The position numbers were made by a program, and so were the translations under genes. The notes under the pieces were generated by a model. It made no database searches. It worked only from the letters and a program-made list of their open reading frames with translations, and was not told where the DNA came from. From positions 13,866 through 77,865 of the forward strand of contig CAZBND010000009.1 in assembly GCA_964493415.1 (NCBI GenBank): DNA of 64,000 nt. The letters run 5' to 3'. The stretch is from an uncultured Planctomycetota bacterium (GTDB lineage Bacteria > Planctomycetota > DG-23 > CAZBND01). This document shows positions 38,087-48,785 of the stretch, one piece after another (positions within the stretch are counted from its first letter, which is position 1; each line of letters starts with the position of its first letter).

Positions 38087-38533
38087 ATGGCGCTCTTCAA
38101 GAAAAAGCCCAAGCAGCAAAAGCGCAAGATACTCATTGCCGAGGACAGCGACTTCCAGAGGGGTATACTGAAGGCCATTGTGGAGTCCGAGCCCGCTTTT
38201 AACGTCGTGGAGGCCCGCGACGGAGAGGAAGCCTGGAAGATCATCGAAAAACAGAAACTGGACCTGGTCCTTCTCGATGTGATGATGCCCAAGATCAACG
38301 GCTTGGACATCTGCTTCCGGATGAAGAACGACACTCGCTTCATGGGTATCCCGGTTATGATCGTGACGGCGTCCTCGAAAGACACCGGGAAAAGCGACGA
38401 ATACTGGCGGGATCGCTCACGCGCCGACGATTTCATAACCAAACCCTTCAAGTCCGTTGACATAATTCGGCGCATCAACAAACTCATCGAGCAATACAAG
38501 GCTGGAGCCGTGTCCAAGAGGTACAGGCTCTAA
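38087..38533 (+). CDS. cheY: CheY-like single-domain response regulator
   Basis: KILIAEDSDFQRGILKAIV...DLVLLDVMMPKINGLD...IVTAS…K matches the REC fold with its D-D-K residues. GGGAG SD. Start set at 38087 rather than the ORF-track 38015. Confidence 0.8.
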   Translation: MALFKKKPKQQKRKILIAEDSDFQRGILKAIVESEPAFNVVEARDGEEAWKIIEKQKLDLVLLDVMMPKINGLDICFRMKNDTRFMGIPVMIVTASSKDTGKSDEYWRDRSRADDFITKPFKSVDIIRRINKLIEQYKAGAVSKRYRL

Positions 38534-38551
38534 GGTTCAGCGGGCTTCCGA

Positions 38552-39331
38552 TTGAGGTGCATCGGCATCATCAATCAGAAAGGGGGGGTAGGCAAAACAA
38601 CCATCGCTGTCAATCTGAGTGCCGGATTGGCGACGTGCGGCCGAGAAGTATTGTTGATTGACCTTGACCCGCAGGCTAACTCGACTACGGCTCTGGGCTT
38701 CGAGGCGGATTTCAGTCGGCCAAGCGTTTATGACGTAATGGTCGATCGCGACAAGTCGCTCTCTTCGGTAATATCGGCGACCCATGTGCGGGGACTTCGG
38801 TTGGCCCCCTCAGACCTCAATCTTGCCTCCGTCGAGATTGCCCTCGCAAACTACCCGGGCAGGGAGGCGGTTCTTCGACGAAAGCTTGCTGGTGGTCTTT
38901 CCGGGTTCGACTATTGCATAATCGATTGTCCTCCTTCTCTGGGCCTCCTTACTGTCAACAGCCTGACTGCCGCCGATGAGGTGATAATTCCGATTCAGAT
39001 GGGATACTTCGCCCTCGAAGGGGTCAGGCAGTTGTTGCGGATAATCGACTTGGTAAAGGAGAACCTTGAGCACAGAGCACTACGAATCTGCGGCGTGGTT
39101 TGCAACTTTTTCGACGCGCGCTCTCGCCTTAGCAAAGAGGTCCTAAGCAAGGTACGCGAGCGCTTCGGCCCGCTTGTCTTCGATGCCGTCATTCGCAGGA
39201 GTGTCGCCCTTGATGAAGCAGCCAGCCACCACCAAACGATCTACGAGTACGCGCCTCGCTCTCGGGCGGCGAGGTCGTTTAGGGACTTGGTTCTGGAGGT
39301 AATAGGCAGTGAGTCCGGCCCTCGGGGATGA
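38552..39331 (+). CDS. ParA/MinD-family ATPase embedded in chemosensory operon (ParC/PpfA-like)
   Basis: Deviant Walker A NQKGGVGKTT, 259 aa, TTG start 18 nt after the CheY stop. It sits directly upstream of the cheW genes. Confidence 0.8.
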   Translation: MRCIGIINQKGGVGKTTIAVNLSAGLATCGREVLLIDLDPQANSTTALGFEADFSRPSVYDVMVDRDKSLSSVISATHVRGLRLAPSDLNLASVEIALANYPGREAVLRRKLAGGLSGFDYCIIDCPPSLGLLTVNSLTAADEVIIPIQMGYFALEGVRQLLRIIDLVKENLEHRALRICGVVCNFFDARSRLSKEVLSKVRERFGPLVFDAVIRRSVALDEAASHHQTIYEYAPRSRAARSFRDLVLEVIGSESGPRG

Positions 39332-40493
39332 CCCGCTTAAAGACAGCCTATTCAAAAAGACCGAGCTGCCGGTCTCCAAGTCCGAAATGGAGACCGCGGT
39401 CGCGCGCTTTGCCAACGCCTCCTCCGCGCCGTCGCCCGCATCGCAGCGTACTCGCTACATACTGGGCTTTAAGCTGGGCGACAGGGTCTTCGGGGCCGAG
39501 ATATCCCAGGTGGATACAGTCGTGAGAATGGTTTTCATTTCTCCCGTTCCTATGGCACCACAGTTCGTGGATGGCATCGTTAACGTCCGTGGCAACGTCG
39601 TGCCGGTCATTTCCCTGGCCAGACTCTTCGGGCTCCAGCATGGCAGGCCTCTCCTTGCTCGTCGGGTACTCGTGGGACGCTCAGGAGAGGAGCAAATCGC
39701 AATCGTGGTTGATTCGGTTTCTGAAATAATGGACATAGACCAAGCAGAGGTCACGCCCCCCTCGCCCTCGATGCCGATGGCAAGCGTGTGCGCCGGCGTC
39801 GCCAAATTGAGGCAGGCCGAGGGGGAGCTCATGATGATCTTAGACTTCGGAAAACTCCTCTCACTTGAACAGAAGGCTCTTCTGGAGGGCAAACTAGATC
39901 TCGAAGAGGTCTCGGCGGAACTAAGAGAAGAACAGCCGACGGGAGTTGCCGAGACCGAGCATGATGCAACAACTAACGTCCTTCGCAGGCGGGCCGAGTT
40001 GCTTAGTCTGCCGGTCGTCGATATCGAAAGGCAAACGCGCCGGATACTCACTTTCTCCATAGGTATGGAAGTCTACGGCTTGGACATAGCGACGGTCTGC
40101 CGGATACTCCGGACACGGGAGGTGACCCAGCTACCTTGTGCTCCAAACTACGTCCAAGGTGTGGTAAACTTCGACGGCGAAATTACTCCTGTCGTCGACC
40201 TCAAGGGCATGCTCGGCTTGGCGAAGGCGACGACGCAGCCGAGCGGCGGCAGGCTGGTCGTCGTTGAACACAAAGGCACGCTGGCCGCGTTCGCGGCCGA
40301 CGAGGTGTTCGACGTGCTGGAGATCGATCTCGAAAAAATCGAGGCGCCCTTGTCGACCATAGAGAAGCTAAGGGCTGACTTCATCGATGGAGAAGTACAG
40401 GTCGGGGAGAAACTGGTGATAATCCTGAACTGGCGAAACATAATGCTGTCCTGGGAGATGGGCAAGACGGCGGACGTCGGCGCCCGGACCTAG
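39309..40493 (+). CDS. cheW: Tandem CheW-domain coupling protein
   Basis: Two complete CheW modules ([23 protein letters not shown]… and [22 protein letters not shown]…). GTG start overlapping the parA-like 3' end. Confidence 0.8.
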   Translation: MSPALGDDPLKDSLFKKTELPVSKSEMETAVARFANASSAPSPASQRTRYILGFKLGDRVFGAEISQVDTVVRMVFISPVPMAPQFVDGIVNVRGNVVPVISLARLFGLQHGRPLLARRVLVGRSGEEQIAIVVDSVSEIMDIDQAEVTPPSPSMPMASVCAGVAKLRQAEGELMMILDFGKLLSLEQKALLEGKLDLEEVSAELREEQPTGVAETEHDATTNVLRRRAELLSLPVVDIERQTRRILTFSIGMEVYGLDIATVCRILRTREVTQLPCAPNYVQGVVNFDGEITPVVDLKGMLGLAKATTQPSGGRLVVVEHKGTLAAFAADEVFDVLEIDLEKIEAPLSTIEKLRADFIDGEVQVGEKLVIILNWRNIMLSWEMGKTADVGART

Positions 40494-40539
40494 CCGGGCG
40501 CCGCCACAGGTCGTCCCTCTAGGAGGAGGAACCCGAGCG

Positions 40540-42597
40540 ATGTTCAGATCCATCCGCGCGAAAGTGATGTTTGCCACGGCGGTCAACCTCGTGCTTCTCT
40601 TCGCAGTATTGTTGCTGATAGCTATGAATAGGGTCCGAGCAGCGGAGGCGGAGCGGAGGGAACACACCGAGATGGAGATTCAACATCTCCAGGGTGAAAG
40701 GAAGGAACTGGGCAAGTCGGTCACCTCCTCCGTGGCGAAGCAGGTGGCTGACGTATTGGCGCAAGGCTGGGACGTCGCCCGCGTGAATGAAATCCATGAT
40801 GACGAGAGCAGCAAGTTCCCCGCCATAAAGGAGATCGTGATTCGCGCAGCCGATAAGGCTACCGTCCCCACTTCCCCGGACGTGTCGAACGAACTGCTCG
40901 CCCAGGCAGCGCCACGCTCGGGCTCTCCCGACACCACCTACTGGAGGGATGACCTCCAAGACCCCGAAGTCTACGGCTACGTGCTGGAACCCATCACGAC
41001 CGAGCAAGGCGAGGTCAAAGGCCACGTTATCGCTTTCTTGAAGAGGCCGGGCGCGGCTCGGGACCTGGAAGAAGGCGTAATGGACGCCGGCACGATACTG
41101 GTGTACTTCTTGACCGGCTTCGCAGCAGTCGCCATCATAAGCATAATCTTTACGGAGCTGTTCCTCAGCCAAGGCCTCCTTAAACCGGTCCGTCTTCTGA
41201 CCGAGGCCGTAGGAAGAATTGTCAGGACTGGAAGTGTTTCAGAGACCATAGACGTCCGATCCAGTGACGAGATAGGCCGCCTCGGCAAGATGGCCGCCCA
41301 GATGCAGACAAACCTCAGCAGAATCGCAGACCATGCACATGCTATGGCCGAGGGCGACCTGAGCCAGGACATCCAAGTCCACGGGGATATGGCCGACGCA
41401 TTGCGCGAGATTCAGTCAAACCTCCTTACCATCACGGAGCAAGCCAGGGTCTACGCGCAAGGCGAGACGCCTGGAAAGCTCACAGTGAAAGGAGACCTGG
41501 GCAATGCATTTCGGGATATGGCGGCGCATGTTGATCAGATTCGCGAGCATGTCCAGGCAATCTCGCGAGGGGATATATACCACGAACTGAGGACTTCAGG
41601 TCAGCTTGCAGAAGATTTCCGCGAGATGACGCAGAATCTCAGAAAGATCGCAGAGGAAGCCAAAATCATCACTGCGGGTGACCTCACGCGGGCAGTCGAT
41701 GCCAAGGGAGAGCTTCCTGACGCCTTTAACGAGATGGTCAGGAGCCTGGCCTCACTCGTCAGCCAGATCCGCGACAGCGTTGGGCGCTTCGGCGCTCTGC
41801 TTGATGAGATCGTTCAGTCGGCAGAGCAGCAGGCAACCTACGCCACCCAACAGATCACCTCGCTGCTTGCGACTTCCTCCACGTCCGAGCAAATCGCCGC
41901 CACGTCTCGCCAGATCGCGAACAACGCGTCCGCCGTGGCTGCCATCGCGACAAGAACTCTCGACACGGCTCACGAAGGCAGAGAAGGAATGGACGAGGCG
42001 ATTCGGGCCATGGAGGACATCCGGGCGGGCACCGAAGAAGCCTCCAGCAGGATTCTCGCCGTCGAGCAGCGCGTCCAGGGAATCGGAGACGTCGTGGGCC
42101 TCATCAATGACATCACCGACCAGACGAATCTTCTTGCGTTGAATGCCGGCATAGAGGCCGCTCGGGCCGGCGAGGCCGGAAAAGGTTTCGGCGTTGTTGC
42201 GCAAGAGATCCGCCGCCTGGCCGAAAGCGTCATGGTACGTACCAAAGAGATAACCGACATCATTGACGAGATCCGAAGCTCCACCAGCGCCGCGGTGATG
42301 TCCAGCCAGGAAGAGAGAAAAAAGGTCGAGACCGGAATGCAGATTGCCACCAAGGCAGCGGACTCCCTGGAAGAAATCGTCGAAATGGCCGAGAAAACCG
42401 CAGAAGCGGCGAAGCAGATAAGTGTGTCAACACAGCAGCAGCAAAGCGCATCTGAACAGCTTTCCGCCACTCTTAAGGAAATTACCGAGGTCACCCAGCA
42501 GTCAACCGTAGGCTCCAAGAACACCATGACCTCCGCCGAGAAGCTTCGTCAGCTTGCCGGCGAATTACAGAGAGGCATCGGGCAGTTCCGAATATAA
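40540..42597 (+). CDS. mcp: Methyl-accepting chemotaxis protein with poly-HAMP array
   Basis: TM1 and a ~160-aa periplasmic segment, then TM2, five consecutive HAMP-like repeats (GDLS..I.V.GD..DAL...), and a C-terminal MCP signalling domain ([33 protein letters not shown]). AGGAGGAGG SD. Confidence 0.9.
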   Translation: MFRSIRAKVMFATAVNLVLLFAVLLLIAMNRVRAAEAERREHTEMEIQHLQGERKELGKSVTSSVAKQVADVLAQGWDVARVNEIHDDESSKFPAIKEIVIRAADKATVPTSPDVSNELLAQAAPRSGSPDTTYWRDDLQDPEVYGYVLEPITTEQGEVKGHVIAFLKRPGAARDLEEGVMDAGTILVYFLTGFAAVAIISIIFTELFLSQGLLKPVRLLTEAVGRIVRTGSVSETIDVRSSDEIGRLGKMAAQMQTNLSRIADHAHAMAEGDLSQDIQVHGDMADALREIQSNLLTITEQARVYAQGETPGKLTVKGDLGNAFRDMAAHVDQIREHVQAISRGDIYHELRTSGQLAEDFREMTQNLRKIAEEAKIITAGDLTRAVDAKGELPDAFNEMVRSLASLVSQIRDSVGRFGALLDEIVQSAEQQATYATQQITSLLATSSTSEQIAATSRQIANNASAVAAIATRTLDTAHEGREGMDEAIRAMEDIRAGTEEASSRILAVEQRVQGIGDVVGLINDITDQTNLLALNAGIEAARAGEAGKGFGVVAQEIRRLAESVMVRTKEITDIIDEIRSSTSAAVMSSQEERKKVETGMQIATKAADSLEEIVEMAEKTAEAAKQISVSTQQQQSASEQLSATLKEITEVTQQSTVGSKNTMTSAEKLRQLAGELQRGIGQFRI

Positions 42598-42621
42598 AGC
42601 TTCAGAAAAGCAGGAACGATC

Positions 42622-45372
42622 ATGACCGATATAGACCTTTCCGGCTTCATGGGCCGATTTAGAGACGAAGCAAAAGAGCTTCTGCAGAAGCTCACTGATG
42701 GCCTTCTCGCCCTCGAAAGGGACCCAAACGACAAGGAAGTCGTCGCGGAGATCACGCGGGCTGCCCACACGTTGAAGGGAAACGCGGGATTCCTCGAACT
42801 CACCGAGATAAACAAGATCGCGCACGCTATGGAAGATGTCTTGGCCGCCATTCGCGATGGCGAGGCCGAAATAACGCCGGAATTGTTCGACCTGCTTCTC
42901 TCCGCGCGCGATGAGATTGACAATCTCGTCCAGGCGACAGCCTCTCAAGAAACGGTTTCGGTTGATGCCGAAGGCATAGCCCAGCAATTGAGAGAGGCCG
43001 CTACGAAAAAGGAGGCGCCTTCTCCGCCGCACGGCGGCGAGCCTGCCGACGAGGCTGAAGAGGGCGAGGGGACGCAGAAAAAAAAACGTGCCACGGTAAC
43101 CCATAAAGGCAGACACAAGGCGGGGCCTGACAAACGCACTCTCCAGCACTTTCGCTCGGTCTGTTCCCGCATCACGCAACGACTCCGTGGCTCCCTCGCC
43201 GCGCTGGCGAAACCCTCGGATTTAGCCAAGATGGCTCAGGATGCTCACCGGCTATGCGACGCAGCGGCTTTGCTCGAGATCGACGAAGCCGTTCAACTCT
43301 CCGACGCTTTGGCCGCTGTGCTGGAAGCCTCCGAAGCAAGGGCGGCACTACCAACCCAAGAAGGGGTCGCCCTCATAGCTGAGTCAATAGACGCGCTTGA
43401 CGCGGCAAGTTCCCCCGAAGACCTTGCGAAACTGCCCCCGCTGGCCGAAAAGCTTTCTGCCTTGCCCGCTTCCGGCCCTTCGGCCGCCGCTTCTCCAGCC
43501 CAACGCCCGTCTTCAAAGCCGCCCGGAGGCGGTCACGCCTTACCTGAACGCACCGACAAGCAGCAAAGGATGGCTCGCGAAGAAACTCCAGACACCGTTC
43601 GTGTAAGCACCTCGCGCGTCGACACGCTGGTTAACCTCACCGGCGAGATAATCATCAACCAGCGGAAGGCAGAGGAGGAATCGGTCGAATTCAAAGAGAT
43701 TCTCGCATTATCCCGGCAAGAACGAAGACAGTGGGCATCTTTGCGTAGCAAGATGCTCGAACTGGCGCGCGTGGAGCCTGCGCTTGTTCCTTCACAGGGG
43801 AGGACTGCTCAGGCGGGAGAAGAGGAGTCGCTTGAGGAGCTCCTCGAAAGCCTCGAACTTGTAAGGACCGAGTTGAGCGACAGGTTGGCGAAATTCTCGG
43901 CCAGGTTCGAGGAGGTCGTCGGCAACCTCGGCGTCACTTCTACCAGGCTTCAGGAAGATGCCACCAGGATGAGGATGCTGCGTCTCGGCGTGTTGTTCGA
44001 CGTAATCCCCCGCGCCGTACGAGACATGGCGCGCCAATTCGGTAAGAAGATCGAGTGCAAGATCTCCGGCCAAGAAACCCTCCTGGATAAGAAAATGTTG
44101 GAGGGTCTGCGCGGTCCGCTCGTCCACATCATCAGAAACTCCGTAGATCACGGGATCGAGTACCCCCAAGAGCGCATTGAGGCGGGCAAGCCCGAGACCG
44201 GCCTAATTGAGATGACCGCCCAGCAGGAAGGTGACCGCGTAACTGTTCAGATTCGCGACGACGGCGCTGGTATCGACCCCGAAAAGGTCATTCGGAAAGC
44301 TCTCGAGCAGGGGATCGTTGACTCGGTTGAAGCCCAGACCATGTCCCCTGAGGCCGCCCTGTACCTGGTGTTTGAGCCCGGATTCACCACGCGGGCAGTC
44401 GCAAGCGATGTCTCGGGGCGCGGCGTCGGTATGGATGTTGTGCGCAAGGATATCGAGGACCTCAAGGGTGAAGTGACTCTGGCCTCCGAGGCGGGCGCGG
44501 GAACCACCGTATCCATAAGACTGCCGCTCACGCTTGCAGTCATACCTACTCTCTTGGTTGAGTGCACCGGACAGAAGTATGCGCTGCCTTCGTCATCCGT
44601 GAAAAAAGTCATCGAGATCAGCCCCAGTGAAATCCATTCGGTCGAGGGACGCGAGGCGATCGTCTGCGATGGCAGGACCGTTCCCCTTGTTTCAATGAAA
44701 GACGTGTTACGTCTGCAAGGCGAGTCCGCTGCACCCGCCCGGGGCAAACTCGATGTCGTAATAGTGTCCCATGCCCAGGACGAAATCGGGTTCCTTGTCG
44801 ATACTATCGCAGGAGAGCAGCGTCTGGTCGTAAAAAACCTCGCGGGCAACTTGGGTCACATAGACAACGTTGCCGGCGGGGCCAGCCTCGGGACAGGAGA
44901 GGTGGTCATAATACTTCACCTTCCCGATCTGATTGCTTCGGCCAAAGCCTCCGCTCCCAGGAGACTTGTGGAGGAGCTGACAAAGCGGCTCGCGCCGGTT
45001 GAAAGGCGCGGCAGAATCCTCGTCGTCGAAGACTCGCTCACCACCCGCGAGTTGCAGCGGAGCATCCTCGAGGCAGCGGGATATCAGGTCGAAGTCGCCG
45101 TGGACGGACTTGACGGCCTGCGCAAGGTCAGCGACGCCAATTACGATTTGGTGATCACGGACGTCGCCATGCCCAGGATGGACGGCTTCGAAATGGTCCA
45201 GCGCATAAAGCGCGATCCTAGAAGGAAGGCCGTACCCGTGATCATCGTCACTTCACGTGCCACAGAAGCTGATAAGAAGCGCGGCATGGCCGTCGGCGCA
45301 GACCAATTCATCGTGAAGAGCCAATTCGATCAGTCCACCTTCCTCGAAATGGTATCCCAATTTGTTGGATGA
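42622..45372 (+). CDS. cheA: Hybrid histidine kinase CheA with C-terminal receiver (FrzE-like); tandem Hpt
   Basis: Hpt-1 (AAHTLKGNAGFLEL), an Ala/Pro/Glu-rich linker containing a second Hpt-like block (DAHRLCDAAALLEID), a dimerisation domain, an HATPase domain (G-boxes), a CheW-like domain and a REC domain (ILVVEDS…DLVITDVAMPRMDG). 916 aa. Confidence 0.9.
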   Translation: MTDIDLSGFMGRFRDEAKELLQKLTDGLLALERDPNDKEVVAEITRAAHTLKGNAGFLELTEINKIAHAMEDVLAAIRDGEAEITPELFDLLLSARDEIDNLVQATASQETVSVDAEGIAQQLREAATKKEAPSPPHGGEPADEAEEGEGTQKKKRATVTHKGRHKAGPDKRTLQHFRSVCSRITQRLRGSLAALAKPSDLAKMAQDAHRLCDAAALLEIDEAVQLSDALAAVLEASEARAALPTQEGVALIAESIDALDAASSPEDLAKLPPLAEKLSALPASGPSAAASPAQRPSSKPPGGGHALPERTDKQQRMAREETPDTVRVSTSRVDTLVNLTGEIIINQRKAEEESVEFKEILALSRQERRQWASLRSKMLELARVEPALVPSQGRTAQAGEEESLEELLESLELVRTELSDRLAKFSARFEEVVGNLGVTSTRLQEDATRMRMLRLGVLFDVIPRAVRDMARQFGKKIECKISGQETLLDKKMLEGLRGPLVHIIRNSVDHGIEYPQERIEAGKPETGLIEMTAQQEGDRVTVQIRDDGAGIDPEKVIRKALEQGIVDSVEAQTMSPEAALYLVFEPGFTTRAVASDVSGRGVGMDVVRKDIEDLKGEVTLASEAGAGTTVSIRLPLTLAVIPTLLVECTGQKYALPSSSVKKVIEISPSEIHSVEGREAIVCDGRTVPLVSMKDVLRLQGESAAPARGKLDVVIVSHAQDEIGFLVDTIAGEQRLVVKNLAGNLGHIDNVAGGASLGTGEVVIILHLPDLIASAKASAPRRLVEELTKRLAPVERRGRILVVEDSLTTRELQRSILEAAGYQVEVAVDGLDGLRKVSDANYDLVITDVAMPRMDGFEMVQRIKRDPRRKAVPVIIVTSRATEADKKRGMAVGADQFIVKSQFDQSTFLEMVSQFVG

Positions 45373-45378
45373 GCTGCA

Positions 45379-46419
45379 ATGATTCGCGTTCTGGTCGTTG
45401 ATGATTCCGCCACGGCAAGGGAGCTTTTGAAAAAAGTCCTCGAGAGCGACCCGGAAATCGAGGTCGTCGCTAGCGCCTCCAACGGGCGAGAGGCAATAGA
45501 GTTGGTCCGTCGGGTCAAACCCGACATCGTCACGATGGACCTCCTGATGCCCGTCATGAACGGGTTCGAGGCAACCGAGCACCTGATGGCCTTCGATCCT
45601 CTTCCCATACTGGTAGTGACGGGCTGCCCGGTCGGAAGGGAAGCCGACCTCGCGTTCAAGGCTCTCGAGCTTGGCGCATTGGAAGTAAATGAGAAACCGG
45701 AGAGCTCGTCTTTGCAGAAACCCACCCGGCGCTCGATGGCTCTGATAAGAAACGTCAGAACGCTCTCAAAAGTCCAGGTGATAACCCACCTTCGAGGCAG
45801 GCGTGGTGCGGCGGACAGGCACGCTCACCCTCCCGAAGCAAAGGGAGAAAGGAGGCTTGTGGTCATAGCCTCCTCCACCGGCGGACCGCCCGTGCTGGAG
45901 AAGATCTTCTCCTCCTTGCCGCCCGAGTTCCCCGCTCCCATAGTCGTTGTTCAGCACATCGCTGACGGTTTCACGGGAAGGCTCGTGGAATGGCTCGGGA
46001 AGTCCTCGCCTCTTCCCGTCCGCGAAGCCGGTCACAGACAGCCTTTGAATGGCGGTACCATAAGCCTCATCCCGGACGGGCATCATGGTACAATAACCAG
46101 TAATGGAGCCATCTCCCTTAACACCGACCCCCCTGTTGACGGCGTGCGGCCGTCGGGCGACCTGCTCTTCAAGTCGGCCGCCAGGGCCCGCGGCCAAGAT
46201 GTCGTCGCAGTCGTCCTCACCGGAATGGGACACGACGGCGCGGAGGGGGCGAGAGTGGTGAGGGCGTTCGGAGGTACCGTAATCGTCCAGAACAAAGAGA
46301 CTTGTGCGATCTTCGGAATGCCCAGAGCGGTCATTCAGGAAGGGCTTGCTGACGCCGTAGTACCGGATGTTGATATTTCCGCCGAGCTGGTCAAAGCCAT
46401 ATCGAGAGCCGAACGGTGA
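45379..46419 (+). CDS. cheB: Chemotaxis response regulator protein-glutamate methylesterase
   Basis: REC domain (RVLVVDDSATAREL...) plus the CheB methylesterase catalytic domain (VVIASSTGGPPVLEKI, HDGAEGA). Confidence 0.9.
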   Translation: MIRVLVVDDSATARELLKKVLESDPEIEVVASASNGREAIELVRRVKPDIVTMDLLMPVMNGFEATEHLMAFDPLPILVVTGCPVGREADLAFKALELGALEVNEKPESSSLQKPTRRSMALIRNVRTLSKVQVITHLRGRRGAADRHAHPPEAKGERRLVVIASSTGGPPVLEKIFSSLPPEFPAPIVVVQHIADGFTGRLVEWLGKSSPLPVREAGHRQPLNGGTISLIPDGHHGTITSNGAISLNTDPPVDGVRPSGDLLFKSAARARGQDVVAVVLTGMGHDGAEGARVVRAFGGTVIVQNKETCAIFGMPRAVIQEGLADAVVPDVDISAELVKAISRAER

Positions 46420-46539
46420 AATCTCTCCGCCCCGTCGCAATGGGGCCGATTCCCGTTGTTCGTGTGTTGGCGCTTGTTCGGTAGGGTCATCAGGGCCGTC
46501 GCCCGGTCGGATGCTCATCGTTAGGAGGCAACTTCACAG

Positions 46540-48042
46540 ATGGCTTTTCACCCAAGAGCACAACTGGGACTTTCCAGAGCTGAGCTTGAGCCTTTCGAAA
46601 CATTCGTCTTCAACCGAACCGGATTCCGATTCGACAGGCAACGTCGGATAGCTCTTGACGTTGCGATCCTCTCAAGAATGTCCGCTTTGAGGATTGCAAC
46701 ATCACGGGAGTACTACAACTTCCTTCGCTTCCATGAAAAGCGACACGAGGAATTTCAGGAGCTGCTTGGTCTTGTAACCGTCAGCGAAACGTCTTTTTTC
46801 CGAAACCAGCCTCACTTTGACGCCCTCCACCGGCGCATATTGCCCGAGCTTTTTGAGAGAAATCAGGCCGGCACCAAGGCGGTTCGGATCTGGAGTGCCG
46901 GCTGCTCCACCGGCGAAGAGCCTTACTCCATCGCTATAGCTTGCCTCGAGGCGCTGCCGGCGCTTCAAGCTTGGAACACCGAGATTCTCGGAACCGACAT
47001 CGTCAGACGCGTTCTTACCGTTGCCGAGAAAGGCGTTTACTCCTCTCACTCGCTTCGCCAGATGTCTCCCGCCGTTATGGATGCTTACTTCAGTAAGACC
47101 GACCAGGGCCAATATGAACTCTCCCCGCGCGTGAGGAAAATGGTCAAATTCCTTCAGGCGGATGTGACGCGCGAACCGAGAACAGGCGTCGTCGGCGACG
47201 GTTGGGACATAATCTTTTGCCGCAACGTCCTCATATACTTCACTGACGAAGTCTTCCATTCAATAGTCCGGCACTTCCACCAGATTCTCAATCCGGGGGG
47301 ATACCTGTTCCTTGGCCATGCGGAGATGTTGTCCGGGATGGTTGAGAACGAATTTCTCTTGCGGGAGATGGAGTCGACATTTGTGTATCAGAAGCCGCCG
47401 GCTGAACAGCCTGGAAGGACCTTGCGAGTAGCTCATCCTCCCCGCAAACACCCAAGCCCGCCCCGCCCGGCTCCCCGGACGGCCGAATCCAAACAGCCTG
47501 AAATCAAGCCCACACATTCGCCTGTCTTGGCGAGAGCTCACCAGCACTATGCCTCAAAACGCTACGACAGGGCTCTGGAAGAAGTTCTCCAAGTGCTTCA
47601 ACGAGACCCCACCAACATCGATGCTCTCTTCCTCGTCGGCAAGATTCACGCCGACATGGGACACGGCGAGGAGGCCGCCGAGAAACTCCACCAGTTGACT
47701 GTGCTCTCGCCTCTCCATGCCGAGGCCTACTACCATCTCGGGATCGTCTACGTACGTCAGGGGAAGTCCGAGGCTGCGATCGATGCGTTCAAGAGAGCTA
47801 TTTACTCGGACAGCGAATTCGGGTTGGCCCACATGCACCTCGGCAACGTCTACCGCCAGAAAGGACGCCCCAGGGAGGCGTTGCGCAGCTACAGGAATGC
47901 CATTGCTGCCTTGACCAAGACTCCCGAAGATAGGCTGATGCGCATCTCTGACGGTTTCTCGAAGGATGTCCTTATCGGCACGTGCAGGGCCTACATGGAT
48001 GATTGTCGCGAGAACCTCAGCTCCATCGAGTACTTAGGGTGA
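46540..48042 (+). CDS. cheR: Chemotaxis protein methyltransferase CheR fused to TPR repeats (FrzF-like)
   Basis: CheR N-terminus and SAM-binding domain (IWSAGCSTGEEPYSIAI, IFCRNVLIYF), then C-terminal TPR repeats (AEAYYHLGIVYVRQGKSEAAIDAFKRAI...). TAGGAGG SD. Confidence 0.85.
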   Translation: MAFHPRAQLGLSRAELEPFETFVFNRTGFRFDRQRRIALDVAILSRMSALRIATSREYYNFLRFHEKRHEEFQELLGLVTVSETSFFRNQPHFDALHRRILPELFERNQAGTKAVRIWSAGCSTGEEPYSIAIACLEALPALQAWNTEILGTDIVRRVLTVAEKGVYSSHSLRQMSPAVMDAYFSKTDQGQYELSPRVRKMVKFLQADVTREPRTGVVGDGWDIIFCRNVLIYFTDEVFHSIVRHFHQILNPGGYLFLGHAEMLSGMVENEFLLREMESTFVYQKPPAEQPGRTLRVAHPPRKHPSPPRPAPRTAESKQPEIKPTHSPVLARAHQHYASKRYDRALEEVLQVLQRDPTNIDALFLVGKIHADMGHGEEAAEKLHQLTVLSPLHAEAYYHLGIVYVRQGKSEAAIDAFKRAIYSDSEFGLAHMHLGNVYRQKGRPREALRSYRNAIAALTKTPEDRLMRISDGFSKDVLIGTCRAYMDDCRENLSSIEYLG

Positions 48043-48045
48043 TCC

Positions 48046-48783
48046 ATGTGTGCGACCTTTCGTCTCGACGCGCAAGTTGCCCTCGTAACCGGAGGGGGGA
48101 GGGGAATCGGAAAAGCAATTGCCCTTGCCTTAGCAGCCGAGGGGGTCAGCGTCGCCGTTGCCTCAAGGACCTTGTCTGAATTGCAGGAGGTAGCGGCGCT
48201 GGCCGAGCAACTCGGGGCGAAGGCCCTCCCGATTCAGGCTGATGTCACGAAGGCGGACGAAGTAGACCGCATGATCGCGCGCACGGAATCCAGCCTGGGC
48301 CCGCTCGACCTTCTTGTCAACAATGCCGGCCGACTTCCTCTCGCGACCATACTCGAAACATCGGAGGAGGACTGGGATAAGACCACCGCAGTTAACCTCA
48401 AGGCCGCCTTCCTCTGCTCCAAAGCGGCTCTGGCCCGAATGGCCGAACGCAGGCGCGGGCGAATCATCATCATTTCGTCTCTCGCCGGCAAGAAGCCTTA
48501 TCCTGGACAGAGCGCCTACTGCGCCTCGAAGCACGGATTGGAGGGATTTGCCAAAGTGCTTGCGATCGAGGCAAAGGAATACAACGTCAGGGTGCAAGTG
48601 GTCTCGCCGGGAGGCGTGAACACCAAGCTCACCAGAGACGCCCGGAAAGACGTCGACGTCTCTGAATGGATGCGCCCCGACGAGGTCGCACGAGCCGTTA
48701 TCTACCTTTGCTCTCAGGAAGGCACCGCCGTAAGTGATGAAATAGTCCTGAGGCGCTGGGAGTCCGCTCCCTGGACTCACTAG
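48046..48783 (+). CDS. SDR-family oxidoreductase (FabG-like)
   Basis: TGGGRGIGKAIA Rossmann motif and S...YxxxK catalytic triad (YCASK); 245 aa. Confidence 0.8.
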   Translation: MCATFRLDAQVALVTGGGRGIGKAIALALAAEGVSVAVASRTLSELQEVAALAEQLGAKALPIQADVTKADEVDRMIARTESSLGPLDLLVNNAGRLPLATILETSEEDWDKTTAVNLKAAFLCSKAALARMAERRRGRIIIISSLAGKKPYPGQSAYCASKHGLEGFAKVLAIEAKEYNVRVQVVSPGGVNTKLTRDARKDVDVSEWMRPDEVARAVIYLCSQEGTAVSDEIVLRRWESAPWTH

Positions 48784-48785
48784 AT

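Noticed and set aside
41752-47259. Multiple 150-250-aa minus-strand ORFs through mcp, cheA, cheB and cheR (e.g. 41970..42527, 42565..43179, 44247..44849, 45766..46518, 46702..47259)
   Set aside because: They are shadow frames of the plus-strand chemotaxis genes. They have no SDs and their products are low-complexity.
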